Below the pieces are notes generated by a model. That model was not told where the DNA came from, did no database searches, and saw only the letters and a list, made by a program, of their open reading frames with translations. From positions 12,958,001 to 13,022,000 of the forward strand of contig JBHGNT010000005.1 in the NCBI GenBank assembly GCA_043228905.1: 64,000 bases of DNA. Direction: 5' to 3'. Numbering within the stretch: position 1 is the stretch's first letter; the number at the start of each line of letters is the position of its first letter. Below are positions 41,647 to 59,523 of this stretch, piece by piece. The DNA is from Azolla caroliniana. Taxonomy: Eukaryota > Plantae > Polypodiophyta. The position numbers and the translations under genes are program-made.

Positions 41647-41689
<43 letters not shown>

Positions 41690-41854
41690 TCACACACACA
41701 CACACACTATGTACACCCAGTGTTGCCTTTTGACGGCTAACATTGCCTGTCATGAGAACGGTATTCCAAAATTTTTGCCCGTCAAATTAACGGTTTGTAA
41801 AAAAAAATGCCCTTCAAAAAGTAAATACATCGAATATTTGTACGAAACAATATA

Positions 41855-44140
41855 TTATATCCTTCTATCCTTTGCATCTTTCCAAATTTCATGTACACGA
41901 TCCCATTGTATTTCTTCAATGCGTGGCCCATTCAATGAGACTCGCATTAAATCATCTAAATGCTCTATATTCAATCGATTTCTTTTCATCTCTTTGATGA
42001 GATTTTGCTTAGAGAACCCTCTCTCACACGAAACTGTGCTAGAAGGAATAACCAAAGTAGCTTGCCATAATTTCATCAAATGAGGGAAACTATCTTGCCA
42101 ATCCTTCATTTTGCAAAACATACGCCAAGCTTCATGCATAGTATAGCCTTCACAATTTAAACGTAAAGTGTCAACAAACCTATAGAGTTCCATTTCACAA
42201 GCCTTTGCATCATGTGAAATTTGAGGACATGCATTGACATCAACATTTGGCTGTAAGTGAGAAATCAAAATTCCCAACCATGTCTTTGCTTTACTATCCC
42301 TAATCACATCATCATCTGCATAATGGCATGGGCTGAATAATTTTGCTGCATTGAAGAGGCTTAAGTCAGGGAATCTTGCATTTAGTCCATCAATAACATT
42401 TTGCACATAATTTTGAGATAGTTTAATACAACTTTCAAGTGATCCATCTATAAATGGCCTCATTCCCTTAGATTTTGCAATAGTGGGATTTGGATCATTT
42501 TGACTTGCTTTATCCATAGGAATTTGTTTGAAGTATAGTTCATGTCTATATGTAACGCCATCTTTATCCTCTATTTCCAAAAACCCAACTTTAGAACATC
42601 TTAAGAACTTGGATAAATACATTGTTCCATCCGCAAATGTGTCATTTCTCAAGAAAGACCTCCGCAAATTAGAAATTGTAATATCAATTTCTGCACCAAT
42701 TGAAGTTACATCCAAATTCTCTTTTTGAAGTTTCAAGCTCAAGATATTCATCAAATGCAACACATCAGCCATGATACAAAAGCAAAATTGCACACTATAG
42801 ATACAAGCTTTATTATACCACTCGTTTAAGTTCTCTTTCTTCCAAATAGTAAGTATTGCAAGCATTATACTCACTAGTCTTTCCATGACTTGACCACGTG
42901 ACAACCAACGAATATTATGAATTTGTAATGGTCTATGAGCATCCAATTGCATTTGTTCCAAGAGCTCTAAAATTTCATGTGTCCTTTTGGTACTATTGTT
43001 AGCCCATGTATATACCTTATTTGCAATTTTTTCTACAAGAATGAGCTCAGGGATATCTTTAGATACATCTGAAATAACCAATGCTTCTCTATGAGCAATA
43101 CAATGTACACCAACCAAATTTGGGATATCATTTTTCATTAATGTTACTGTTCCAATTTCACTACCAATCATTGATGATGCACCATCAGTTGCCAATCCGA
43201 TCAACTTGTTCATGTTGAGGCATCGATCGCCTAATAGATGCTTAACATGTTCATATATAGTTCTACCTTTACCATTGGGAATTTTCAGCAAACCCATATA
43301 TTCAGTTTGCTTAGGCCCACAACCACCACATTGCAAATATGTAACATACATAATGAGATGCAACTCTAATCCATTGTCAGTACTTTCATCTAGCATCAAA
43401 GAGTATTATGGGGAATTTATTAGGTTTGAGCTTTGAATTTCTAGAAGATATTTCCCGAAGGCAACCAAAAATTCATATCCCCCATATCTACTAGTATAAG
43501 ATATATAATCATGTTGCTTAGGCATATTAGGCACCTCTAGTAGCACAGCCAAATCACATAATTCTTGGTATGTAGCGATAGACAAATCTTTTTTTGCAAT
43601 AAAGTACATGAGTTTCATTGTTGTTATGACCTTATTTTTGTTAATATCATCCAATTGTGATACATGCTTTGAGATGGACATTGCTTTCCCTTCAACATCA
43701 CATATCCACTTTGATGCACATAATTTATGACCACTTGAGTTGACATGGGTCAAAATTGCATCAAGTTGCAAAGTAATGCATCTAGAACCAAGACCCCAAG
43801 GCCCAGGACTAGCGTATTTCTCACACCATGCACATTTCATTAATGTTTTGTCTCCTTGCACAATGCATCTTATCCATGGGAATTTATCTCTCCATGCTTC
43901 ACGGAATTTTCTCTTAGGCTTTTCTTTAGTTATATTAGAGAAACAACTCTCTCGAGTTAAACTCTCTAAATCAGTCCCAAACATATCCATATCCTCATTT
44001 GAATCATTGTTTAGATTTATGTCATTGGTATCGTTGGGTGGTTTCCATGCAAACATCGCACTGATGGTTCGTTGGTTTTTTCTTTTAGGAGCCATAATTA
44101 TTCTGAATAAGAAGAAATGGGTCATGTAAGAAAAGATCAT
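41855..44140 (-). pseudogene. hAT transposase copy 2 with premature stop
   Basis: TAC>TAA at 43406-43408 splits the ORF into 244 aa and 514 aa. Confidence 0.9.
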
Positions 44141-44798
44141 ACCATCAGTTCAAAACAATCACTAGCATCATTAAACCCATACATATTAGTTATGACCTAT
44201 TGGGCAATGAGATTTTACATGAATATAATTCCCAAACTTTTGCCCTTAAAGAGGAGAGCAATACTAGTTTTGATGGACTAGTAAAAGAATTTGGTGGTAT
44301 ATCTACTTCATCTAGAACTCAACAACTAAAACCAATGAAAGCCTAGAAAAGGCGTGACAAGAGAGCAAACCAAGAAGCTAAGAGAGAACAAAGAATTCAA
44401 GAAAAGCAAAACAATGTGGTGAGTGATCGGATGGTGGAAAACGAATTGCTTGAAGGAAAATAAATTGCTTGAAGGTGTATCATCCCACACCATCAAGGAA
44501 CCATAGGTGCAATCAAAAGAAGAAAACATGACACAAGTACGAGCAACATTCGTAGTTAACAAAAGCAACAATGATATTAGGCAAGCCATTCTAAATTTCC
44601 GTAGAGGGAAATATAAGAATGATTTAGCCATTAATAGAGTCGGAAAATGCTCTGGCCATCAACGTTGGATATGTAGTAATTTCCTAACCATAGGAAATAA
44701 CTATTGATATGATGAGATGGATCATTGTTAAAAGTTGGGGATTTTTATTGATTTTTATTGAGACAATAAACATTAGTCTCTATTAATCTAAAGTTCAT

Positions 44799-44836
<38 letters not shown>

Positions 44837-44947
44837 GCAGGCAGAAGAAGAAGAAGAAGAAGAAGAAGAAGAAGAAGAAGATCCTCTATTATCTAAAGTT
44901 CATACCAGAGAGAGAGAGAGAGAGAGAGACGACACAGGTGGAAGAAG

Positions 44948-45511
44948 AAGAAGATCCATAAGGAGAAAAGCCTCGAGCCTGATGATTTTGAAGAGTCTGT
45001 TGCACAGGCTCTCTTTGATCTCGAGAACACTAACCAGGAGCTAAGAAGTGACCTAAGGGATCTATTCATCAATTCTGCAAAGCAAATAGATATCAATGGA
45101 AGCAGGAAGGCTGTCATAATCCATGTGCCATACAGACTGAGGAAATCTTTCAAGAAAATTCACAACCGTCTTGTCCGTGAACTTGAGAAGAAATTCAGTG
45201 GCAAGGATGTTATTTTCATTGCGACAAGGCGCATTATGAGGCCTCCCAAGAAGGGAACAGTTGTTGCTCGTCCTAGAAGCCGCACATTAACATCTGTTCA
45301 TGAGGCTATTCTTGAAGATTTAGTCTATCCAGCAGAGATTGTGGGAAAAAGAGTTCGTTTCCGTCTGGATGGTTCACGTATAATGCGAGTATATTTGGAC
45401 CCCAAGGAGAGGAACAATACTGAGTATAAGTTAGAGACTTTTGGTGTTGCTTATAAGAAGCTAACTGGAAAAGAAGTAGTGTTCGAGTACCCTGTACAGG
45501 AAGCTGCTTAA
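44948..45511 (+). pseudogene. RPS7: Captured RPS7 (eS7), copy 2
   Basis: Same translation as 20759-21322. Confidence 0.92.
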
Positions 45512-45764
45512 AGACGTTTTATCTTGGGATAGTTTTTGAGGTTTCAGTTTTTTTTTTACACTTTATGGTTTAAAATTCCTTTTGTAGGAATTGAAGGTAT
45601 CAATGGAGTCTTCATGTGTATGCTTATCCCCTGTAAGGATACATTAGAGACATCCTTTTTTCTGCAATCTATTTCTGGAAGTGAGGCAAATATGAGCAGC
45701 ATGCAAATATATTCATTAAGGATCCCATTGCTTCAATGAGGATGGTTTAGTCTATTTTAATCTT

Positions 45765-45842
<78 letters not shown>

Positions 45843-46733
45843 CTACCTTAGATGGGTGAACAGGACTGTTGTAGGAGATGTTGCTGAATCTATGAGTAGC
45901 AAGCAGCGAGCAACAAGCTTCGAGTAGGGATAGTGAGCACTGAGTTGCGAGCTTCCAACAAGGTGCAGGGTTGAGGGAGCAACGAACAAACAGGGAAAAT
46001 GGGGGAAAAGGGGGAAAAGGGGGGAAAAGGGAAAGGAAGGTCTTAGATGGGGAAACGGGGAATTGGGAAGTAAAGATTCATAATTTAGACTCTATTAGTT
46101 TTTTACCTTTTTGTTACACACATAGTGACATATGTGAGCCTTTCAAATTCCTACACTCCCAATGCAACTTGAACAATTTGTTCCTACTACCTAGGACTAT
46201 ACTACTATAGTATTGGTCTTAGTAAAATTTGACGGTATTATGAAATTTTAAGCCTTCATTTTTACGTTTTCATAAAACATATGCCCGTCAAGATTGACGG
46301 TTTCATTTTAAAATTAACTTTCATATACGGTTAAATTTGCCAAAAACGTTCAAAACGGCCGTCAAAAGGCAACACTGTGTACACCATATACACCATATGT
46401 ATATATAATATATCTATGTACCGCGTATGGATTTTAATCATACTTGGAGCCTTTTCACGTATGAGTATGATACGAATATTGGCGTTTGAGTATGACACGA
46501 ATGGGACGTATGGCTAGAACTATGACGTGCACGCACATAAATAAATTAGATATTACATAGCATATATTACACAATATTCAAATTTACACATACATAAATT
46601 ACATATATACATATATAGATACATACATAGATATACATATTACATATGTACATACATATTCCACATATCACCATATATATATGTATAGATTATACTGGAC
46701 CATACAAACCAGAATACTTATATATATACATAC

Positions 46734-46772
<39 letters not shown>

Positions 46773-47648
46773 TAGATATATGTATACTTACACATATCAC
46801 CATATATATATGTACATATGCCTACAATCTTAAAAGTTTTACAAACATACATCCATACACATATATACATACATTACATGCATGCATACACATAAATATG
46901 TTACATACACATACATACATACATTTCATCACAGACTACAATACATACATGTATACTTACACATAAATAAATTAGATATTACATAGCACATAATCCATAC
47001 CTATTACACAATATACAAATTTATACATATCTTCATTTATACATTGCTACACATACATACACATATATACATTAGATATCTACATAGATATTATGCATAT
47101 ATTACAATCACACATCAATACACATTGAATCATGTACATTTGCATATGCATATATGCATACACATACATACATGACATATGCATATATGCATACACATAT
47201 ATACATTCGTACATGGACATGCATATAGTCTTTTATACATTGCTACATGTACATACACATACATACATACATATATTAGATATATACACACATACGTATA
47301 TATATATATACACCTACATATAGTCTTCTATACATACACACACATTACATATGGATATATGCAAACACATATGTACATTCGTACATGGACATACATATAT
47401 TCATTTATACATTGCTACATATACATACACATATATATAGATAGATATTATGCACATATTACAATCACACATCCATACACATTGAATCATGTACATTTGC
47501 ATATGCATATATGCATACACATATATACATATTACAAACAAATATCCACACACACACACACACACACAAATATACATACATTACATATTACATATGTACA
47601 TTCATATTTTATTCATTGAAGCATACATATTTTATGCATACATTACAT

Positions 47649-47697
<49 letters not shown>

Positions 47698-48382
47698 TTC
47701 ATTCATTCATGCATGCATACATTATATGCACATACATACATAACATACATTCATACTAAACATACATTCAAACATTCATGTTTTTTTATTTAGATATTTG
47801 CCGCCTCCTCCTTTGCTCCCTCCTCTTCTTTGCTCATTTCTGCGATTGCTTCTTCTCCCCTTCTTTTTGTCCTCATTTTGCCGCCGCCTCTGTTCTCATT
47901 TTGCCGCCGCCACCGCTCGCCTTGTGCCGCTTTTGCTCACCATTATTCTCTGTTGGGGCTGCCACAACTATTCTACAAATATTTTACAGGTACACATAAG
48001 TACAAACATAAACCAACACATAAATTCTTAGCCACACACACACACGGGCCATACATACAATAAACGAAATTAATACATTACAATACAATATGTACATATA
48101 TACACACATACCTATGTACACATACTTACACATTTACACATATAACACATACATACAATACAATATGTACACACATACATACATACACATGGAATACAAA
48201 CAATACATACATAAACACACACACATACATGTGTAGAATATACATACACACATGTACACACATATATATTGTATGGAACATACATACACACATACCTATA
48301 TACACATATATACACTTACATACATACACATTTACACATATAACACATACATACAATACAATATGTGCACACATACATACAT

Positions 48383-48437
<55 letters not shown>

Positions 48438-48851
48438 TAGAATATACATACACATATGGACACATATATATGTTGTATGGAACATATATACACACACACA
48501 AACATAACACACAACACACACATGAAATACATACAATACAAAACATAAAACACAACACACACATGAAATACACATGAAACACATATATGTTGTATGGAAC
48601 ATACATACACACATGTACACACATATATGTTGTATGGAACATACATACACACATGTACACACATATATGTTGTATGGAACATACATACACACATGTACAC
48701 ACATATATGTTGTATGGAACATACATACACACGTACACACATATATGTTGTATGGAACATACATATACACATACCTATATACACTTACATACATACACAT
48801 TTACACATATAACACATACATACAATACAATATGTGCACACATACATACAT

Positions 48852-48906
<55 letters not shown>

Positions 48907-49259
48907 TAGAATATACATACACATATGGACACATATATATGTTGTATGGAACATATATACACACACACAAACATAACACACAACACACACATGAAATACA
49001 TACAATACAAAACATAACACACAACACACACATGAAATACACATGAAATACATATATGTTGTATGGAACATACATACACACATACCTATATACACATATA
49101 TACACTTACATACATACACATTTACACATATAACACATACATACAATACAATATGTGCACACATACATACATAAACACACACACACAAACATGTAGAATA
49201 TACATACACATATGGACACATATATATGTTGTATGGAACATACATACACACACACAAAC

Positions 49260-49986
49260 ATATTGTTGAGGATGAGACTGTGATTAAGTGGAATGTTAAG
49301 TGGGATAGCTCAAATGATTTACTTTTGGGTTTTTGTGGGTTGAAGTCATCCAATCATCAATGTGTCTCATCATGTATGATAAAGGTGGGTGACTCTAATG
49401 TTGGTTATTAAACCATTGTCAGCTCCTTTAAAGACTATGTGGTTGGACACTATGCTAGGGTGTTAATTACGAATCCTCTTCACCCTAAACTTCCACGATT
49501 AGTATTGGTTGTACAATGTACATGTAATTGCTTTGATGCAGATTTTGTAAAATGCCAATGGAATGAAGTGGAAACTTTATGGGAAAAACACCTCTCCACA
49601 AGTATTGGGCCAATTGTTGGACATGCATCTGATGGAGATAGTAGGAGAAGAAAGATTATGCTTCAAGTTTACTTAACCCCAAGCATATGCTTAAGATATA
49701 AATTGCCTTGGGATGGTTGGATCTTCACAGGTCAAATGCATAATGATATGGTAAGTTGTCTTCATGATCAAGATTTCATCCATAATGGAAAGAAACTTGT
49801 GAATGCACTAGATAATCCCTCAAGATAATTAGTAATTGGGGATGTATGGATCACATTGAATCATGTGTCTTTGGTATATAATAACTTCTCTATTGATGCA
49901 CATGGCTTAAGGGAATGTGATATTACGAGAGAAGATAGGCAAAATTGGGTTGGAGCTCAAAGAATTGCAAGTAGAAATGTAGAAAC
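49260..49986 (+). pseudogene. P-like transposase remnant, copy 2
   Basis: Same motifs as 25049-25775 (one R>W change). Confidence 0.63.
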
Positions 49987-51747
49987 CAAATATAAACCTA
50001 CGGTATTCCAAATATATTTTTTGATTTCTTTAATTCCATGTATATTAAGATAATATTTACTTCCATGTATATTAAGATTTCTTGCTTTTGTTGTTACATT
50101 TTATGATATAGGTCCAATGTTGAAGATGGAAACGACATGAAATTTACAGCCTAAAATGAACTTCTTAGGGTTTTCTTTTTATATACTCAGTCTTTATAAG
50201 GGTAACCTTTATTGCAATAAGTTTTTTAAGTAGATATTGCAAATAACAAAATGATTTATTTTATTTCATTTTGATTTGGGTAAGATTATGTGAATAGATG
50301 ATGTCTTACATTTCAAATGGAAATATGAAGTAGGTTGCCATTTGTTTGATCAATGTGTTTGAGAAAAAATAATGTTATGGCTTTATATGAGTCTATATCC
50401 ATGAAACCAAACATAATGTTAATTTGTTAGTAATTTCATTATTGATATGCATTTTGGATTGTTCCATATGTGCTCTTTGAGATGTATGTGTTAAGTTCAA
50501 GATTGTTTTATTGTAAATTACATTGTTTTTTATCACTCAATGTTCTTCATACGTCTCAATAAACTAAAAACAAAAACTTATATGTGGCTTGTATATGTTA
50601 TACCTGTAGTGTTTTTGGGTAATGTTTCCTAATTGTGTGTACATTACTTTGTACTTTACACATTGTGTTTTCAATCTATGTGGCACTTAATGAAGCATTT
50701 CTAGGAATTTGCATATGATGTTTAATATCGATTCATAATTTTGCGAGTCATCAATTGTAAAGATGGTCATTGATCCCTTCTAGGATCGCAACCTATGTGT
50801 GCATGTATATTTTATATGTAAGGGTATTTAAAATGGGTGGTTATCAAAAAATATATTGGTAATAAGGGGTATTTTTATTAATCTTTTTTCTATAGAAAGG
50901 TTACTAAAATAGTAAAAATCATACGTATAAGGGGTTTATAAATGATGTCATGAACGCACGTGATACAACCTTCTTATGTATAGTGGAGTCCCCGGGATTA
51001 TAAGGTTATTGCAAATAAAAGTATCCATAATATCTATGTCAGTTTAATCTTTTTTCAAGAGTACAAACTTTTTAGATGATCCCGCTGGTAAGATTATTAC
51101 CTATTATGAGTCCCAACTAAGATACACTTATGGAACATGATTTTTTTACTTCCAGTTACTTCGTTCATTTTTTTTATGAAAAGCAGAAATCTTTAGGGCA
51201 ATGTTTTTTACCGAGTCATGGAAGCAATCGCTTCTTCAATGGAAAAAGCCAGAAAATCTTGATAAACCAAGATTATTCTTTCTAGGACTGTCAAGCTTGG
51301 AGTTTTTTTTTCCAAGGTTTAGTGACGATGAAACAGACATTTTTAGCATCTACCCATAGATGTTTACCCATCTTCTTTAAGAAAAACTTTGGGCTTCCGG
51401 GTATTTTAAAAGTTTCGCTTCGTTATTCGTCGACCTTGCTACGCAAGCAGAAATAATGGGAATAACCTAATTTTGTACCCATAATATTTTGTTTTAGAGA
51501 AGTTTACTTGTTCTTCATAGAAAAAAAGCTTCTTGAGTCAATTCAGCCAAAAAACCGGTTTGAAGGATCCTTTGACTAGTCGGCCCAAAGTAGGACGAAT
51601 CACACTTTTACCACTAAACCATACCCGCCACAATCTAATTGTATTACATAGATGGTTCCTCTATCTAATTCTAATTATGCTCGAGGGACCCCCGATCACT
51701 CTCTGAGGGGTCCCCCATGGACTATGCTGCTTAGCCCCAAGTGATAG

Positions 51748-54016
<2,269 letters not shown>

Positions 54017-54275
54017 TTTTTATTAAAAAAATCTCAGAAAGGCTCAATTCAATAAAAGAAAATAAGAGATTGACAAAAAAACATTAATTAGTAGATTACT
54101 TTGTCTATCCAATCAACCAAACGGATCGGTGGATTGTAATGATTCGTTAGATATGGATAGAATGGAATGAATTAACAATTTTTTTATACTTGAGGGGATG
54201 ATGCAACAGAGAAATCGGGATATTGATTCAGAAACAATGATGGGGGCAGGGGTTCATTTTGGTCATTAGACTTAG

Positions 54276-56058
54276 AAGGAATGAATCGCGTTTGCTATAA
54301 CCTGTAGTTCCAGACCCAGTACCTTCAAGAAGAGGCGAATTAGCTTCAATTTCGAAGCCTTTGATGCGTAGGAGAATTGACAATCCTTTCTGACGTTGAC
54401 ACTTGTTGGACCTTCGGAAATTTATCAATTGGTTTGGCCGGTTCGGAGCTATCGGAGCTGGATCCACCCTTGTTGGTACATGAGTCGAAGCAATAAGAAT
54501 AATATTCTTATGGATGCGAGAGTTACTGCGCTCATTACCAATATTACTCAGTATTAGGCAAAGCAAAAACCTGGGATTAGCTTCTATTCTTTGATACGAA
54601 CGATGAATATTCAATTCATGAATATCTTGAATCCATATTGTGCAGGGAGAGAACTCTCTCACTATTCCAAAAATGAGACCCAATCGGCGTACGCTCTCTC
54701 TCGAGATGAAACTTCCATGTACATTTCTAAGATATGATTGATTGTATAACAACTTTCTTATTGGTAGCCTCACCAACGGAAAGTAGGAATTGGATGCTAT
54801 ATCCCTAATGACGGAAGATCATCTAGTTTCTATGGGTCCTACTAATGGAGTTCCCTCAAATGGTAATAATCCTGATTGGAGTGAGATAGGTATGTCATGA
54901 CATGGCATATCTAGAACGCCTCTCCGTCTCGTCATTGCTGAGAATAGAAGATTTCTTTCGAGGGCGAAAAGAGCCCACTTCTCCGCAGTATCTAACCTAC
55001 GGATCTTGTAACTAAATTAGAATTGGAATTTGATTTCGACTGATACTTGGAAATAGTATTATTTGTTACTAAATAGTGCTTTAATAGTTCTTTCTTACTA
55101 TTAAGGAAATTGGAGCTTTCCCTACAAAGTATCCACAAATCTAGTTCCTTTTTGACGAAGGAGAAAAATAATATATTATTTATGTAATTCAAGAATCTCT
55201 TCAAATAATGGATTAGTACATCTCTCGTTTGCATTTGTCTTGTTGAAGGGGAAGAAATTCCATTCTCTGAATAGGATCCACGCATTGGGTCTATTAAATA
55301 TCCAATAGTATTGAAACGTTTCCATGAATGAAGGGAGTTAGAGCCCGAAACGGCAGATAAAAGATACTTGGATAATGCAAGAATGTATAATACTGAAAGA
55401 ACGAAGTAAGATAAGATAACCTTATTGGAAAATTGAGAAACTAACCACCTTGAATGTAACATCTTCGTTTCATTAGGAAATTCCTTGAAAAGGATAAGAT
55501 CTATTTTGGATAATCTTTTATTGGTAGAATCATTCTTGAATCTCAATCTTAGGCTTTGTGATGAATAAGTTTTGGCTCTATATACACCCTCATAAATTCT
55601 TTTAGAAATTCTAGGTAAAGGGTAATTCAGGTCATCACTTATTTTATGTACTACTTCTAGATATGTTTCTCCAATCAGATCCTAGAAATATCTCCACCAA
55701 TTATGGGTAAAAAATCAAGGCATATACTCTCTGAATAGGCTCCATTTTTCAAAGATATTGTCTTTCCAAAAGATCAAAGATATCTTATATTCGTTCAAAC
55801 CTTTCGAGAATTCATTGAAATTGATAAGATGGAATGGGCGTATAGGTTCTTTCCGAACATACGGATCTACGATTTTCGTATCTTCATGCGAAACCTTCTT
55901 CCCAGTCAATCCTATTTGAGATCTTGATGTTACATCGTTGCGTAGTGAGAATCTTAGCGACCAGTAAAGCATTTTCAATTCTTCTAGTTCCCAGAAACAC
56001 ACAATGGATGAATCATTTTGATAGAATCGATTCTGGGTTAAAACATTCCCCGAGTCTG
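54276..56058 (-). pseudogene. ycf2: ycf2 fragment, copy 2
   Basis: Same as copy 1. Confidence 0.88.
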
Positions 56059-56927
56059 ATCCACCTGTCTCAAACGCATATCTGATATTTGTATAGCAGA
56101 ATTATTAGAATCTGCGCAAAGTTACAGGGTGCATTGTATGTGCAAATTGCCACCTAGCAAAGAAACTGGTAGATGTGGAGGCTCCACAATCTGTTCTTCC
56201 CGATACCGTATTTGAAGTAGTCGTTAAGATTCCCTATGATACATAGATAAAACAAGTCCTTGCTAATGGGAAAAAGGGTGGGTTGAATGTAGGTGATGTT
56301 CTTATTTTACCCGAAGGGTTTGAATTGGCTCCTCTTGATAGGATTCTGGCCGAAACAAAGGAAAAAATGGGAAAACTATCGTTCCAAAAGTATCGCTCCA
56401 ATAGAAAGAACATAATCGTGATAGGTCTGGTTCCAGGCAAACCATATAGTGAGATCGTATTTCCAATTCTTGCACCGGACCCTGCTAACAATAATGAGGT
56501 GCACTTCTTGAAATATCCAATTTATGTTGGAGGAAACAAGGGTAGAGGGCAAATATATCCAGACGGGAGTAAAAGCCACTACACGGTTTATGCCGCTTCG
56601 GTAACAGGAAAAATAAAGAAGGTAGTTCATAGAGAGGGTAAAGGTGGTTACGAAGTTGTTATTGAAGAATTATTTGAGAGTTGTGAAATTACTGATATTA
56701 TCCCACTTATCGTTTCAAAAGGTAAATTCGTCAAGGTAAGTCAGGCATTGACTAATAATCCTAACGTGGGTGGTTTCGGTCAGGGGGAAGTGGAAATCGT
56801 ACTCCAAGACCCATTACATATTCAATGTCTTCTAGTCTTTTTTGCGTCAGTTGCTTTGGCACAAGTTTTTCTCGTCCTTAAGAAGAAACAGTATGAAATG
56901 GTCCAGTTGGCAGAAATGAATTTCTAA
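56059..56927 (+). pseudogene. petA: petA, copy 2
   Basis: Same as copy 1. Confidence 0.93.
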
Positions 56928-58062
56928 TTCCACACTTTGCATTGTACCCCTTTTTAAGTCTAAACTACGGATCAAGGGTCAGGTCTGAATTGAACCTGGT
57001 CTGCCCCCCCTCCTCACCAAGGAAGGGACAAGTCGAGGATTTAGAAAATGTTGAGAGACAAGCTCAACATTCGGTGTGTAAAACCGTGCGCACAATAGGC
57101 CGTAACAGTGTGTAAACCGCGAGGCCGTTGGAAAGATATTCCACGTAGGAATATATTTTGGGAGTTAATGTAGAGCTCATTTATGAGCAGTCAAGTACTA
57201 TCAGTACTTGTGTCAGCCCGATAGTCAGGGCTTGTGTAAAAGGTGCTCACTGAGCACGAAGTATGCCCAATTCACTGGAGAGGACAACTACGGCCGACAA
57301 CACTGAGGAAGTTACGGATAGGGTAGAGCCTCAGTCCACCGAGAGCCCGCAGACGGAAGAGCCAGCCACAATAGAACAGAATGAGCCAGCAGACCCTGGG
57401 CCGCCCACGCAGGGAGATGTTGACGCCATGGAAAGCCTCACAGAGCAAGTACAAGACATGCAACCGTGCAACGACGCGCTTACAGGCACTACTCCATCCC
57501 TGGACCAATACGTCAGAGCGGAACCAAACATCCGGGATATTTTGGAGGAAGAATAAATGGGGTCCGACGTGCCATGGCACTGTCCCACAGGCGTGCCAAG
57601 TGTTGTCCATCGGAATAGTAACCAACGGATAGAAGCGCAAGAGCATTATAATATAGTAAAGCGTTAAGAAATGGATGTAACGGTTCATGCGGGAAGCATG
57701 AACGGCTAAAAGCCCTCAATATATAAAGGGTAGAAATCCTCTATAAGAGGTAGCATGTAATTTTGGTGTATAGAGCGTTGTTCTATTAGAATACTATCAT
57801 CTCTTATTCCTGTGTCTATCTGAGTGACGATTCAGTATTCTCTGTTGTGTATTGATAAATCATAAGTAACTATGTAAGTGTAAGATACACGCGTATACTA
57901 GTGCGTTACTGAGGAGTTTGGTTGTAGCCATCTCCCTCCTATGCTTCTCGGATACAAAGTGGTATCTTGCTACGATTTACGACTAACCCATTCCACGTAA
58001 CACAGTCACCTTCAGGTCTACCTCGAAGGACTGAGCGTAGAAAGTGTTCCTAATCGGTAACA

Positions 58063-59523
58063 GCTAGCCCGGTGGACATTATTATTACAAGAATTTGAAT
58101 TTGAGATCTATCACCGGCCAGGTATACAACATGAGGTTGCCGATTATTTGACCCGGTTAGAATCCGGAGAGACCGGTGACAGTGGTCAAGATGAATTTCC
58201 GGATGCCGAATTGTTTAAAATTACAGCGGAAACCACGGTAGATGGAACAATCGCGGACGAGGACAAATGGCTAACGAATATGCACCAGTTCTTAAGCACC
58301 GGTCTACCCCTAGACGGGATGAACCGGGATGAACGTAAACGGTTGGTAGTGCAAAACTGACACTTTTGTCTAGTGCAAGATACACTATATCATAAAGGAG
58401 TGGACGGCATATGGCAACGAGCGGTTTGGAGTGATGACAAAGACACCATTTTACGGGAAGCGCATTGTGGGGTCGTCGGAGGACATTATGCCGGAGAAGC
58501 TACGGCAAGGAAAATATGGCGCAACGGCTTATGGTGGCCAATGACACTAAAGGACTCGGTCCGATATACGAAGGAATGTGATCAATGTCAAAGAATGGGC
58601 CAGCCAACAGAACAAACATGCATGCCGCACCAACCGAGACTACTTCTAGAGCCATTCCAGAAATGGGTGCTGGACTTTGTTGGACCATTCAAGCCACCAG
58701 CAATGTGAACCAGCAACAAGTACATAATTGTCGCCATAGATTACTATACAAAATGGGTGGAAGCCAAGGCCCTACGTGACAATACTGTGACGTTGACGAC
58801 AAAGTTCCCGTCCAAGTTCCTGTCCAATCGAATTAATCAGCGACCAAGGTGGACACTTTCTCGGCCAAGTGGTGGAAAGCCTAACAACTTTTTATGTGGT
58901 CGTACACAAGCGAAGCACCCCTTATTACCCACAGGCCAATGGATTGGCCGAATCCACCAATAAAACTCTACAGAACATTCTCCGGAAGAATGTCAATGAG
59001 AACCGAACCGATTGGGATACAAAGCTGCACAGCGCGTTATTGGTTTATGGGACGGCATACAAAACAACTATCCGGACAACACCATTCCAGTTAGCGTTTG
59101 GTTTGGAAGCGGTGATGCCAATAGAATTCCAGATTCCAAGCTTATGGATACAGGTCCGGGAGTGGCTGAGCGAGGAGTCGGAAAAAATCCGGTTAGCAGC
59201 ACTATGAGAGCTAGAGGAGCACAGAATAGCGAGCCTAATGCAGATGGAACTCGAGCAACGACAAAGTAAAGCATTCTTCCACTGCCATTGGAAGGGTAAC
59301 GAGAAGATGTTTGGAATCGGCAAGCCGGTACTAGTGTTCCAGACCCGAATGGGCAAGATGTCGGGGAAGCTACGGTTCCGGTGGACCGGACCATATTGGA
59401 TAATGCCAGAGTTCAACGGCTCATATCAGCTGGGAACGTTAGCCGGCAAGGTGTTGGACAAGTGGGTAAATGGGTTCCGACTTAAACCGTATTATAAACC
59501 CATGCCATAGAACCCGTTTCCGA
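58063..59523 (+). mobile_element. gypsy integrase remnant, copy 2
   Basis: Same as 33850-35310. Confidence 0.9.

Larger units (their letters stand above)
41718..46377 (-). mobile_element. RPS7-carrying hAT element, copy 2
   Basis: 20-bp TIR, TSD TGTACACC. Confidence 0.96.
41265..46524. mobile_element. hAT-type MITE, copy 2
   Basis: CATAGTTC ends, TSD ACGTGCAC. Confidence 0.8.
40157..50996 (+). mobile_element. P-like TIR element, copy 2
   Basis: Same TIR and TSD ATTATAAG. Confidence 0.86.
39857..51628 (-). pseudogene. trnG-UCC: trnG-UCC copy 2, intron interrupted by the TE nest
   Basis: Exon 2 39857-39904, exon 1 51606-51628. Confidence 0.88.
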
